A model generated the notes under the pieces. That model did not search any database, was not told the origin of the DNA, and worked only from the letters and a program-made list of their open reading frames with translations. The translations under genes were made by a program, and so were the position numbers. Shown one piece after another: positions 41,065 through 53,752 of a stretch of 64,000 bases of DNA. Location of the stretch: assembly GCF_006345805.1 (NCBI RefSeq), contig NC_043004.1:47058001-47122000 (forward strand), in the 5' to 3' direction. Every line of letters begins with the position of its first letter. Positions within the stretch are counted from its first letter, which is position 1. Source of the stretch: Octopus sinensis (lineage: Eukaryota).

Positions 41065-42110
41065 TGTTTTAGTCATTTGACTGCGGCCATGCTGAAATCG
41101 ACCCTGGAACTTATTCTTTGTAAGCCTAGTACTTATTCAATCCATCCTTTTTACCGAACCGCTAAAACATGGGGACGTAATCATACCGGCATCGGTTGTC
41201 AAGCGATGTTGTGTGGAGGAAGAAATAAAGACGCACAAACAGACACATAAGCATACACACACATGCATATACACATATGTATATACTATATGTTTAACCA
41301 ACCGAAATTGCAAAGATAATCTGGAACTCGACTGATTAAAAAAAAATCCGAATGACCCGTCCTTGTTTTCTTTGTATCGTCTATCTGGATGTTTTGTTAT
41401 CCTTTTCTTGTGCCACCTAGCTGTCTGGATGTTTTGCGATCTTGTCCCATTTTGCATTTTTTATATGTATATATTGAGGTGTACGTACACTTTAGTCTCT
41501 TAAATATAAGTATATATTTATTTAAATCTTGTACGACTCTATTCTTTTATTCTATTATTCTTTCCGTTTTTCTGTCAACCCTTTCACGCTTACTTCATTC
41601 ATTCCACTCTGCGTTCTTTCGTTCCCCCTCTCTCACATTTCAATACCTTCTCTTCATGCTCATTTTCCCTCCTCTTTTCACTTCAGCATGTCCCTGTCAT
41701 TTTTTCTTACCCCTCCTTATTTCTTGTGCCCTTCTGCCTCTACCTCTCCTCTCCTCTCCCCATGTGACAGGCGTTTGGCCAAGCCTGACTTACCTTTCCT
41801 GCTTTTGCCGCTCTCCGTGCAACATCTACATTCTTCCCTGTGCCTGTGAAATCTTGTGTCCCTGTCGTAAGGCTTTACTTCCATACACACCAGCTGAATT
41901 TAATTCGACCTTCGTCGAAAGGCTCATGTTGTTATGTCCTGTTATTTGTATTTGTGTAAACTTCTCCATTTTTTCCCTTAGGGCTGGACAGTTTGTAGCA
42001 CGAAATTGCAAAGATAATCTGGTACTCGACTGAGGAAAGAAAACTCCGGATTACCCATCCTTGTTTTCTTTGTATCGTCTATCTGGATGTTTTGCGTTCT
42101 TGTCCCATTT

Positions 42111-42142
<32 letters not shown>

Positions 42143-42295
42143 CGATAGCTGAATTAAGTTTCCGTCTACCAAATCCACTTACAGGGCTTTGGCCGGCCCG
42201 AAGCTACTGTAGAAGACAATTGCCCAAGATGCCACGCAGTGCGACTGGACCCAGAACCATGTGGTGACAAGCAAGCTACTTACCACACAGCCAGT
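41065..42295 (-). mobile_element. Family-2 SINE interrupted in its internal microsatellite
   Basis: Tail half at 41065-41290 (gtcatttgactgcggccatgctg..cggttgtcaagc) and head half at 42143-42295 (tttccgtctaccaaatccac..gcaagctacttaccacac) both match 44050-44476. Confidence 0.8.
41303..42111. mobile_element. ~810-bp element bounded by ~110-bp direct repeats (LTR/pLTR-like, non-autonomous)
   Basis: cgaaattgcaaagataatctgg..tctttgtatcgtctatctggatgttttg..cttgtcccattttg occurs at 41303-41454 (with an extra ~39 bp) and at 42001-42111. Confidence 0.7.
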
Positions 42296-42364
42296 ATATA
42301 CACCTGTCTTCGTCTTTTGTTTTTCTGTGAATTTCAAGTATACACACACACGCACATATACATC

Positions 42365-43499
42365 TATTGCGTTATCCCATAAATAACGCAGTTTTATTAT
42401 ACTTCTTTTACTTTTCAAAATTAAGATAAGTATATACTCTCCTTCAATTCTTACGATGCTCTTCCGTCTTTCTCCTAGATTTGTAAGGATCTTTTTTTCC
42501 AAAATCCACTTGTCTATGACGAAATCTACTCCTGCAGTACTGTTATGACCTTCACTACGGAATTCATATTTATTCCGTCCAAATGATTTTAAAGACTGCA
42601 GAATAAATTATTATCAGATGGGGCAATGTCCGGCGAATATTGTGGATGGGACATCGTTTCCCATTCAAATAGTTTTCGGAATTTCATCCTCACTATAAGT
42701 GGCTGAGCAATGTCCCGATAGAAGAAATCCTTTCGTCTTGAAACGAAAGATGGTCGCTTTTCTTCTAGTGCTGACGTAAGCAGCTCAAGCTACTCTCAAC
42801 AGATCTCCTTTGTTATCGTTCGGTTTGGGTTTAAATGTTTAAAACCAGCTAAACTTTTCATATTACGTAGGTGAATACCTTCTTTAGCCTGGGGTATCAG
42901 TGTTTCTCCTCTCCCTACCCACTGTTTTCGGCGCTTGACATATCTCGTCACCAGTCACTATTCTGTCTAAAACAGGTTTATTCGTGATACGTGACAGAAA
43001 AGAGAAACACACATACACTCACTGCGCGTGATTAGACTCGGAGAGTTTGTGAGTAACCCTTTGAGCCAATTTTCTGATTTCCCCGATGGCAACAAGTGAC
43101 AATAAATGATTGAATGACCAAATTCAAGCTACACTGCTAGTTCCTTAATAGCTACGATGGGATTTGTTCGACCACCTTCTACAGATCTTGCGGGACGAGG
43201 CTCGTCTTCTAAGCTGTAGTTTCCGGCTCGGAATTTCTGGAGCCATTGACACTGGATTATACTTATTGTCAGGTCCCCGTATACTGCATTAATATTCCTC
43301 GCACTTTCGGTTGCGTTGTTGCTTTTATGGAACTTATAAAGCAAAACATGCCAAATATGGTCCTTTGTACCAGGAATAAGGACAAGGTAAAATTGCTACC
43401 TGTTTTTATAGCTAGTCCATGCAGGTAGTTCCTCCCGTCACCCTCCGACTATTAGTTCATGCAATTGGAAATACCGCACTATTTCTGGGATGAACAATA
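42365..43499 (-). mobile_element. Decayed mariner transposon
   Basis: HTH region KDHIWHVLLYKFHKSNNATESARNINAVYG..FRAGNYSLEDEPR; LDRIVTGDE; HPQYSPDIAPSD; imperfect ~30-bp TIRs with TA at 42365 and 43498. Confidence 0.9.
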
Positions 43500-43518
43500 T
43501 ACATACATACATTCATAA

Positions 43519-43579
<61 letters not shown>

Positions 43580-43610
43580 TACATTCATACATACACATAC
43601 ATACATATAG

Positions 43611-43922
43611 ACTGGAACTCCGTCGGTCACGACGGTGAGGGTTCCAACTGATGCGATCAACGGAACAACTTGCCCGTGAAATTGTGCAAGTGGCCGAGCA
43701 CTCCACAGACACGCGTACTCTTAACGTAGTTGTCAGCGTGACACAGAATGTGACAAAGCCTGTCCTTTGAAATGCAGGTTCTACTCACCCTTTCCATATG
43801 AATGCACTGGAGCAACGTGAGATAAAATGTGATGCTGAAGGACACAACTACTCACCAGGAATGGAAATCACGACCTTATGATTGTAGTTGAATCCCCTAG
43901 CCACTAAGCCACGGGCCTTCAC
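43611..43922 (-). mobile_element. tRNA-derived SINE (family 4, head related to family 3)
   Basis: Minus head gtgaaggcccgtggcttagtggctagggg..ttccattcc..gtgtccttcagcatcacattttatctcacg, followed by a different body. Confidence 0.75.
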
Positions 43923-44049
43923 ACACACATATACACATTCATATATATACATCTATATATACACATACATGCATTCATGCACACACGAACACACACGCGC
44001 GCGCGCACACACACAAACACACCCGTGCACACACACACAAACATATATA

Positions 44050-44268
44050 CTCTTTACTCTTTTTACTCTTTTACTTGTTTCAGTCATTTGACTGCGGCCA
44101 TGCTGGAGCACCGCCTTTAGTCGAGCAAATCGACCCCGGGACTTATTCTTTGTAAGCCCAGTACTTATTCTATCGGTCTCTTTTGCCGAACCGCTAAGTG
44201 ACGGGGACGTAAACACACACCAGCATCGGTTGTCAAGCAATGCTAGGGGGACAAACACAGACACACAA

Positions 44269-44319
<51 letters not shown>

Positions 44320-44476
44320 TACGACAGGCTTCTTTCAGTTTCCGTCTACCAAATCCACTCACAAGGCATTGGTCGGCCCGGGGCTATAGCAGAAGACACT
44401 TGCCCAAGATGCCACGCAGTGAGATTGAACCCAGAAGCATGTGGTTGGTTAGCAAGCTACTTACCACACAACCACT
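44050..44476 (-). mobile_element. tRNA-derived SINE (family 2), complete
   Basis: Minus head tggttgtgtggtaagtagc..gggttcaatctcactgcgtggcatcttgggcaagtg, internal TA/CA tract, tail gcggtgctccagcatggccgcagtcaaatgactgaaacaagtaaaagag repeats. Confidence 0.92.
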
Positions 44477-44730
44477 AAACATATTGTTAAATGAAATATG
44501 TGACATTTCTCGATGGGGGTAAATAAAACTTCTAAGTAAATGTAAGGGATTTATTCGTACAGAAACGCTTCAGGAAATTAACTGTGGATGTACGTTGTTA
44601 GCGAGTGACAAGACCCCTTTTACGAACATCAAAATAATAATTGGTATAACATTATTTCTAAGCGTTAGCGTCACTGTCGAAAAAAAACATGAGACCGTAG
44701 AGTTCACGCATTTCTTTCGGTGATGCTTAC

Positions 44731-44881
44731 TTATAGAAATCTACTTCTACTAGAAGATTATATAACGGCGGTAGACCAGTACCAATGGGGTAATTGAATG
44801 CTTCATTCCTCGGAAAATTACAAACCTCAATCCGGTGCTGATTAAATAGAAATGATGCCGTATCTGCCTTCACAGATAAAT
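44731..44881 (-). CDS. Candidate 151-nt internal exon, unknown product
   Basis: atatttgtgtag| and |gtaagc; open frame (D)LSVKADTASFLFNQHRIEVCNFPRNEAFNYPIGTGLPPLYNLLVEVDFY(K), phase 1 to 2. No family recognised. Confidence 0.35.
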
Positions 44882-45308
44882 CTACACAAATATAATTTTT
44901 ATGAAAAAACTTTTTATGTATATTCAAACGACAGGATTTTGCAACTGTGTAAATTTCAGTGATTAGAGCAAGTAGCTGAAACCATAATGGTGACAAAACT
45001 TCAGTTTCCTTTCCATAATAAATATTGGCTTAACGATCAATAGATTTCGTTTTGGCTAATCTAATTAAATGCTGTCGTGAGAAGCCATGTTTCGAAAAAT
45101 ATTGAATTACCTCAAAGAAAATTCTTGGGATTTCATATCAAGGAAAGATTTCACGATAGAATTAATTGTATATCGCAATTGCCTTCTATCCTGAATTCTA
45201 AACTGGTGCTTCTTCTGACAAAGTTTGAATAAAATATTCTTAAGTATTCGGATTCTCCGTTTTTTCCCCAATTGGTCTCCACACATATATATACATACAC
45301 ACACACAG

Positions 45309-45358
<50 letters not shown>

Positions 45359-45911
45359 GATGCCCCCCCCTCGTTATCGAGTATGGCCATTGCACTAAGG
45401 TTAATCAATGTTTTTATCGTGCAATGCCTGTGCAAGAAGATTTTTTTTAAAGTGAGGAAAGGCTGTGCACTGAGTCAATCCCACTCACTAAGCAACAGCA
45501 GCCATAATCCGAAAAGAAGAACAAGTCAACATTATCGGTAACCACTGAGCCGCAGATTTTATGTCGGAGTTATCCCAGTTACCTGAGTTACCTTCTGCTA
45601 GAAGGATGCCCTAACAAAGTCTAGGAGTCCTTCACTCCTAATGGTTTAACCGCGCGATCGGATATTCAGTCCGATTATTTCTATGTCCCCGCGCACGATA
45701 CAGCCTTAAGATATTTATTGGATGCCCGTTGACTCTCAAGAGTTCCTCCGCCCTTTAACGGGTTTTGTTTTTCATCTCGCATGTATACATACACACACAT
45801 CATATGTATGCATAGCGACTCAATGAGCGAAGCTTATATTTGTTGTTTCGCAGTCAGTACCCTTGTACATATAAGTATGCATATACATACATGTATATAT
45901 ATATACCTATG

Positions 45912-46014
<103 letters not shown>

Positions 46015-46146
46015 AAAAACTGAAGATAGAAAATGCGAAGATAATTTTATAAACATCATTTCAGTACCGGTTACAGTCATTCAGACTTTTTCAACTGTAA
46101 GTATGTAAAACAGTTAAATTTTGGAAAGATTAAAAGAAAAGTTTTT

Positions 46147-46480
46147 TTAAAAGAATATTTTCATAGTGTTCAAATACAAGTGGCATTTTCCTTGTTTCTG
46201 CCTGTTTCTATCTCTCATCTGTAGATCATACCGTGATGACATTTTCAGGCAACTGCTTATGATATGGCTGAGATCCTGGGAGTTAACTCCGCAAAGCCTG
46301 CATGGGTTGCTACATTTTACTGCTTTTCTTATATCTTTATCCCTTTTGTTCATCAGCTACTTGGTTAATATTTCCTAGTCTTGGATTGCAAATGCATACC
46401 CTTCAAAGTGGGATGTCCTGATATTGATTCATGATATATATTAAGACATTCTTCTTGCCCAGGTGATTCCTCTTCATTTG
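46147..46480 (-). mobile_element. R4/Dong-like fragment (CCHC region)
   Basis: HFEGYAFAIQ and CRLCGVNSQDLSHIISSCLKMSSRY. Confidence 0.7.
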
Positions 46481-46492
46481 CTTCTTAGTCTG

Positions 46493-47030
46493 AGAGCACC
46501 GCATGCCATCAAAGTGAACTGGGGTAAAGTATACGAAACCCAGTATACCTATCAGGTCTATCCATCTGATAAGGGTACACTAGGCATATATATTACATCC
46601 ATATATGCGCTTATGTGAAGATAAACAACACATGGCCACTCAGGTGGGGCCCGGTTAAAATTTTCCTCAATTTGAATAATGCTTCCTACTCAAAAAGGCC
46701 CCTGAATAAGGATTGTTTAATGGTGTTGAACGAAACATTCATGTTTCCTGAGGTTAATTGTTCAAACACTGCCAAAGAATTCCCCTCAAAACATGGCTAT
46801 GATGCACCCCCACTATTTCTGCTCGTGATCAAAGAAACACATAAAGCCAGCCATTAAGAGACGTGCTCAACTGGTTATGGCCAAGCAACTGACAGAGAAA
46901 TCTTTGATACTGAGCAGAATATTTGTTGTAGCCCATCATTTATACTAAGACAAAACAATGTACATGTTAACACTTGAAATCACTTAAGATCAGAAGCCAT
47001 GGGAGCCACTGCCTGGTATAACATCAGTGT
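46493..47030 (-). mobile_element. Second, undeleted but more diverged copy of the 10326-11008 element
   Basis: Colinear from gcatgccatcaaagtg to gagccactgcctggta. It has a single diverged terminal unit instead of 15 and abuts (TTA)n at ~47030. Confidence 0.8.
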
Positions 47031-47060
47031 ATTATTATTATAAGTATTATTATTATTATT

Positions 47061-47726
47061 CTATGTTTGACTTTTGCTTTATATTTGTACAAGTTGGCTC
47101 CAAGTCTCACCCAGAGACCTCAAGAGACAACAGGGTTGGAAGTTCATGTTGTTGTTATGCCTAGTGTGCCATATATTTGGGGGGTGGGGATGTTGTACTA
47201 ATGAATGTCTAAAAAAAAAATTTTTTTTTTTTTTTTTTTAAACCGAAAATTATGGTGTTTTTAAACCTTGAGGTTACATAGAGAGTATTTTGCGTAGGAT
47301 ATGAGCAGTTCCCATGAGCACTATCTTTTGAACTTCTGCCATTTTTGGGTTTCCTGGTATCTGAGTTAGGTAGCTATCAGCCCCTTTTGCTATCATTCCC
47401 AGGGCACCTATGACAACAGGTATTGTTTTAGTCTTCAGCTTCCACATTTTGCTGATTTCTATTTCAAGATCTTGATATTTGCTCAGTTTTTGGTAGGTCC
47501 TGACAGATACGTTTATATCGATTGGGACAGTCATATCAATGAGGAGGCATGTTCTTTGTTTGAAGTCTTTCAATATGATGTCTGGCCTATTTGCATCTAT
47601 CTTCCTGTCAGTTTGAATGGTGAAGTTCCAGAGGAGTGAGATGTGGTCATTTTCAAGCACTGGGGTGGTTTGTGTTCCCACCAGTTTTTCTCATGGGGCA
47701 ACTCCAGGTTTTTACAGATTACCCAG
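47061..47726 (-). mobile_element. R4/Dong-like 3' fragment (copy C, same subfamily as A) in (TAA)n
   Basis: LLWNFTIQTDRKIDANRPDII..LIDMTVPIDINVS..KLSKYQDLEIEI..VVIGALG..GTAHILRKILSM, with a 3'UTR nearly identical to 21634-21825. Confidence 0.93.
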
Positions 47727-47855
47727 ATTATTATTATTATATTATTATTATATTATTATTATTATTATATTATTATTATTATTATTATTATATATTATTA
47801 TTATTATCATTATCATTATTATCATTATTATTATTTATTATTATTATTATTACTA

Positions 47856-47886
<31 letters not shown>

Positions 47887-47910
47887 TATCATTATTATTA
47901 TTTTATTATT

Positions 47911-47943
<33 letters not shown>

Positions 47944-47995
47944 GTCATTATCATCATCATCATCATCATCATCATCATCGTCATTATCATCATCA
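47727..47995. repeat. (TTA)n/(TCA)n tract
   Basis: Directly visible. Confidence 0.95.
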
Positions 47996-48049
47996 TTGTT
48001 GCTGTTTTACTTCACAGAGCGCCCGATCATGTGTGCTCTGGTTGACTCT

Positions 48050-49530
48050 GTTCTTACTGGGTCTCTTCCCGCTCAGTGGTTGTTAATTATAGTGGAAGAC
48101 ATTAAACACCAAAGTACCAATCTCAAAAGCCTAGCTGTCCCCAGCAGAGTGTTTTCTGTGCCTGCTCTGCTCTTATGCCAATTCCAATTTCTCTGACATA
48201 TTTATTGACCTTAGTTGTTAATGTACAGCCCGTACGACTACTGGGATGATAGTCACTCTCCTCATAGCCCATACATTTGCGTTTTGGTCTGTTAGTAGTT
48301 TGTGCCTCTCTCCCTTTTCTAGTTTTTCGTCAGTTTTTCGTGCGTCCCCAGATGTTACGATATTAATAATCTTGGTTTCCTCTTTTCCTACATCTGTCAC
48401 AACAATGTCTAGTCTCCGAGAAGCGAATAGAAAGTCACATTAGATTGTGAAATCTCAGAATATCTTATATTCATTGTTCTCGGTGACTCCTCCTGGCCCA
48501 TGTTCGTACTATTTTTGTGCTCTTTCCAGGCCGCTCTTGTCACATAGTCTTCAGTGAACAAACTTAGCCACGCCATTGTACCTTTTGTAGTGGGGCTTTT
48601 AGGCCAGTTTGCTACACTCACTTAAAATATGTGAGACTGTTGCCTTGTAATTGCCACATATACAAGGGGGAGACTCACTGCTCCTGTCTATTTGGAACAC
48701 GGTGTAATTAGTTCTCATAGTTTGTTCCTATGCTCTGAATATCAATGCCTCAATGCCTCCTTTCAGATCACTTTTCCATAGCCATCTTCAAGTATTGGTC
48801 TTGTCCTTTCCCCATTCAATGATTTAATTTTCCAATTTCTTCTTTCTTCATCTTGTTTCTTAAATATTTGTGGGTGCATCACATTTTCGTTAGGTATTTT
48901 ATTGTTAATTCTATCAGCGGCAAACAGAGATTCACTCTGCTATTTGATGTACCATCCCAGTCAGTTCTTATCTTTGACAATACAGATCTTGCGTCCTATG
49001 AGACCTCTTCCTCCCCCGTTCCTAGGCACATACAGCCTGTTGATGTCACTTCGTCGGGTATAGTCTCTTGTTATTTGTCATCACAATTCTGGTTTTCCTG
49101 TCCATTTCCTCCGCATTAAAGAAAAATCCCACGTCTTTATTGCCCTGATTTTTTTTTCCATTGAGCATACTTCCCATAATTAATTTGGTTCTTCTCAGAT
49201 ATTCTCGCCAAAAACATACCACACATTTTAGCCCCAAATTCCATTCCCATATGCTTACTGAATATCCGCACTGTCAGATCTAGTCCATTTATTTCTCGTT
49301 CGATCTTCCCAAAGATCTTTAATTCATCCATATATAACAGATGATTTAATTTTCCTTCACTTTCCAAGGTGTACACCTGTGTCATTTTCCGTAGTATATG
49401 AGCAAGCGGTATCGTCAAAATCTCAAACAGCAATGGTGATAGGCTATCTCCTTGAAATAAGCCTCTCTTGACGTTAACCGTCACCAAAAATTATCCACAT
49501 GAAGTTAGCTCTGTATTTCAGTTCTTGTTT
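48050..49530 (-). mobile_element. Old R4/Dong-like fragment (copy F): RT domains 4-7 to REL
   Basis: RGLFQGDSLSPLLF..LNHLLYMDELKIF..MGMEFG; IINIVTSGDA..EKLEK..VWAMRRVTIIPVVV. Confidence 0.8.
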
Positions 49531-49689
49531 GGTCTCCGTAAAAGATGTGAGGTGTTATCAGACACCAGTACCAGGTTTTACGGTGTAGTGGAAGGCCTAC
49601 TTTATTTCCTATGTAGATGATACAGGCTTAAATCAATTTACTCGTTCCAATTATATTAAATGTCTCAATATATTTCATTAGGTTTTCAC

Positions 49690-50280
49690 GTATATGTCCA
49701 AGGGATAACTTCTAGAATCCCTGGCCTGGCAGTGCTACCGAGGGGCGCTGCCTGTTCGGGATGAAATGTACAGCACAGAAGTGCCGTCAGCTGGGCATGC
49801 TCGCGGTGCACCCAGACCGATGAAACCGTTCTGCACGCCCTATCCAGTGTCCGAGCATTGCTGACCTGTGGGTTTATGTCGTACAACTTCTGCCACGTAT
49901 AGGACGGATCCGTCTATCGGCTGAATCCCATGTGAAATTTACCTTGCCGCCCTCTTTTCGCCGGGAGGGGCAAACAAGTTTTTATTTGTCTAGCGGCTAT
50001 AGCGAAAGAGGTAGTATGGTGGACCCATTTCAATGGGCTAAAGCCAAGTCCTCATCAACTTTTTGAAGTTTCACTTGAGAAGGAAGCTGAGGGTGGAGAG
50101 GGAAGTGTTGCCTTGTAGCAAGTTTGTTGGAAGAAAGGACAGTGTGGAAGGACCAATTCTGAACGTGCACCTATAAAAAGGGATTCCAAGGATAAGGCAC
50201 CCTTAGTTTTCTGGTATTTTTACGAAGACCTTAAAGCGCCTCCTCAATTGTGTGTAGATTCTAATACTCCTACATACTTA
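49690..50280 (+). mobile_element. Tx1/L1-clade LINE ORF2 C-terminal fragment
   Basis: ALPVRDEM..CSRCTQTDETVLHAL..(frameshifts)..AIAKEVVWWT, a zf-RVT-like pattern. Confidence 0.65.
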
Positions 50281-50339
50281 TAACTCACTCGTCCTTTCAA
50301 TGATTTTAATGTCTGACCATCTAGTAATGAGATGCCTTC

Positions 50340-51290
50340 GCTGTTGACTACCTGTCTCCTTCTGATGACTAATATTACACACTTATCTATGCCAAATTCC
50401 AAACCTATATCTTTGCCGTAGAGGCGTACACTCCGTATTAAGGAAGCTATCTATTTTGCATTCTTACTAAAAGATTCAGTTCATCCTTGTAGAGCAAATG
50501 GTTAATTTTGATATTTCTGAACTGAAACGCTGCCTTTGCCTTCTTTAATTCTAAACTCAGAGGATCATTGAAAAAAAATATCAAAGGGGACGATAAGTTC
50601 CACTGGAAGATTCCTTGTGTGATATTAACTTTTCCGAAGAATGTGCCACCTGATCTACTTTCCATTTCTTTCATGCTAAAGCTAATTAATTCTCTTATGT
50701 TGTCTGATATACTGAATGTACTCAAGCATTCACTTATACATGTGCGGGATCGTGTTATAGGCTTTCCTATAATCTATCCGTGCGATTTTTCTTTCTAGCT
50801 TTAACTTCATTTAGAGCTGCTTTGTCTATATATAATAGATCATGTGTTCCTCTAGCCTTCTTCCTGCACCATTTCTCTTCTGGTAGGAAACTTTGGTTGC
50901 CAAAGTGCTCGTTAATGCTTTCTGAAAGCATTCCTGTTAACAACTTCTACACTATCGGTAAACAAGCGAAGTGATTAAAGTAATACCCCTGCTCTTATCT
51001 TCATAATGAGTATTGTCCTCCTTCTAGTCATTCAATCTGGTATTATTCCTCCATGAAGGCAATCCTGAAGTCAGCCTCCCTTCTCAACCACTGAATATCT
51101 TTAGGCAGTAGCCTTGAACTACATCTGGTCCTGGGCTCTTCTAACTCGGCATATTTCCTAACATGTTTCTCATTAATGCATTAGTTAATCTTACATCTAA
51201 CTGCCTCTCACTCAGTAGTTTTTCCCTCACTTTCTTTAACCATACTGGCCTTAGTAGTCTGCGTTTTTAAGCACTACGCCATATTTTAAA
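50340..51290 (-). mobile_element. Old R4/Dong-like RT fragment (copy G): domains 0-6
   Basis: PGPDVVQGYCLK; LPEEKWCRKKARGTHDLLYID; QGIFQ..SSPL; INHLLYKDELNL. Confidence 0.8.
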
Positions 51291-51301
51291 AAAACGAAAA
51301 T

Positions 51302-51385
51302 ATGAACTGCAAAAGCAGAAAATTAATCTACTGCATCACATGCCCGAATTCTATTGTCCAGACAGGCAATGCACTATCAGAACTT
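51302..51385 (+). mobile_element. Penelope-like GIY-YIG endonuclease remnant
   Basis: MNCKSRKLIYCITCPNSIVQTGNALSE matches NC.S..IYCI.C..(C..Y)IGQT with an internal deletion. Confidence 0.6.
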
Positions 51386-51397
51386 TTACCACGATAT

Positions 51398-51440
51398 GAT
51401 CCTGAAGATTGCATAAATACAAGAAAGTATACTACTTCAA
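51398..51440 (+). ncRNA. Decayed hammerhead motif directly 3' of the GIY-YIG remnant
   Basis: CTGAAGA-ttg(cataaata)caa-GAA-AGTATACT-A: intact core, palindromic stem III, broken stem I. Confidence 0.45.
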
Positions 51441-51571
51441 TAAGAATGGACATTTCATATTTCATTTATTCAATAAGAATAGACAATCAATTTTTCATTT
51501 CATTTCTTTTTACGATATTAGGCTATATCTTATATTTATATTATAAGATTATAAATAAACGTGAAAAACAG

Positions 51572-51659
<88 letters not shown>

Positions 51660-52330
51660 ATATGTATGAACTTATGTATGTATGTAGGCATGTATGTAAT
51701 TACATGTGTGTTGCTGCAGAACTATCTAAAAAGGAAAACACTTATTGTTGACTTAATGAAGGGAACATATGGATGCTTGTGACAAAACGTATTGAATAAA
51801 TCAATGGGGGGAATATGTGACATTTTCCTCCGAGGTAAATATTGCTTCTAATTGAATGTAAGGAATTTATTCGTATAGAATGTATTTCTTTAGCCTATGT
51901 AAACTCTGTGAGTTTAGTTATATTTCAAGAAAGAATGGATAATAAATGTTTGTACCAAAGCTGTACAGAGACGCGTATAACCGTTTCTAAAATAATCTTA
52001 AACAGAGTACTGTTCCTTATAGTAAACCAAAGTACAAAATATCTGCAGTTGATATTAATAATTAGCAAAAACTCAAGTACTCCAAACCAGTAATGGTGAT
52101 ATTTGTGTTAACCATTTTTGTAGTGTTACACTTTTCGTAGTGTTATGTAATTCATCTCACACCGTATACAACACAACGAAGAGGTGTAGATTCACTGACA
52201 GAAACATATGTATGTATAGACAAGTGAATTAAGTTCATGAATTAACTTAGCTAAACAAAGAATTACAATGATCTTGGCATAAAGATTCGCGTGCATCATT
52301 GCAATACTTTCCCTCTCACCATATATATAT

Positions 52331-52368
<38 letters not shown>

Positions 52369-52391
52369 CAAACATACATATACATATATAC

Positions 52392-52438
<47 letters not shown>

Positions 52439-52573
52439 AATATATATATATATATATACATATATACATATACATGTATATATGGGTGTGTGTGTTTGTG
52501 TATACAAATATACTTATGCAGTGTTGTGGGTGTGTGTGTCTGCCACTGTGTGTGTATTTAGTAGATTCGTTTT

Positions 52574-52609
<36 letters not shown>

Positions 52610-53362
52610 TTAATAAATAGTATTAATCAAGCATTATTTAAACATTCTTTGTAATAAGATATGGATCTGACGATATATTACATGTTCAGGCAGGAATTCA
52701 CTAGATCACTAATTACTATGAAATGTAATATGAGAATCTTCTGAGAAATGAATGCTACAATAAATTATTAATGTCTATTGCTATATCATTACGGGGAAAT
52801 TAAATCCTAACCTTCATGCTGCAAAAGGCATACGGTATTCATCCAATGATTCATACAGGTGTTATGACTCTGGCTTTTTAATTAACTTGAATTCTTTCCC
52901 ATGAGAATGTGTATGATCAACACAATCTAGAAACGAAGCTTTGAGAGTTATTTAGAAATTGTTCGCAAACATCCCTGTCAATATTATATAGACGTTACAA
53001 AAATCATTTCATCTTTGCTACAATACCTAATATGATACACTGAACAAATATATTCCATACGGTTTTAGTGTTTTTTAGTAAAACAAAGCAAACTAATTGT
53101 ATGTATATCTTCTTACCTGATGATATTTTTCAGTCTGTTTGCAATTAAATCTACGTGTGTGTACGGTGTGTACGGTGAGATAGGGGAACAGGGTGGGAGT
53201 GAAGGTGGAGAGAATGCGTCTCCTTGTTGCTAGAATGTAAACCTGATACAGATCGCTGAATGCTTTGTATATTGTGGGTGTTATAATCATTATTTCGAAC
53301 AATCAAACCATAACTCTATATTCACCTGGCTAACTACCTCTCAATCTTTCTGCCTGTCTGTA

Positions 53363-53401
<39 letters not shown>

Positions 53402-53459
53402 ATATATATATATATATATATACATGTAGAGGGAATAGAAAAGGGTGACAGAGAGAGAG

Positions 53460-53690
53460 AGGAGAAATGGAAAGAAAGGAATAGACGTATACAAGAGACT
53501 ATGGCACTACAACCAGCCAGGAACAGTCTTCGCTACATTTGCGGTACCTGCCAGAGGGAGTGTTTGTCCAGGATAGGACTACACAGCCACAGCAGGAAAT
53601 GTATCAGGACATGAAATATAAAAGCCGGACTAGACTACTTCATGCGCAACTCCATTGTCTCCCGAGACAGAAAGGATGCCAATACAATAC
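53460..53690 (+). mobile_element. RTE-clade LINE 3' end
   Basis: EKWKERNRRIQE..YICGTCQRECLSRIGLHSHSRKC* (typical RTE terminal C2H2-like finger) and tail ccattgtctcccgagacagaaaggatgccaatacaataca. Confidence 0.85.
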
Positions 53691-53691
53691 A

Positions 53692-53751
<60 letters not shown>

Positions 53752-53752
<1 letters not shown>

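Noticed and set aside
41389-42033. 214-aa hydrophobic ORF as a membrane protein
   Set aside because: It is explained by the T/C-rich interior of a repeat element; no family motif.
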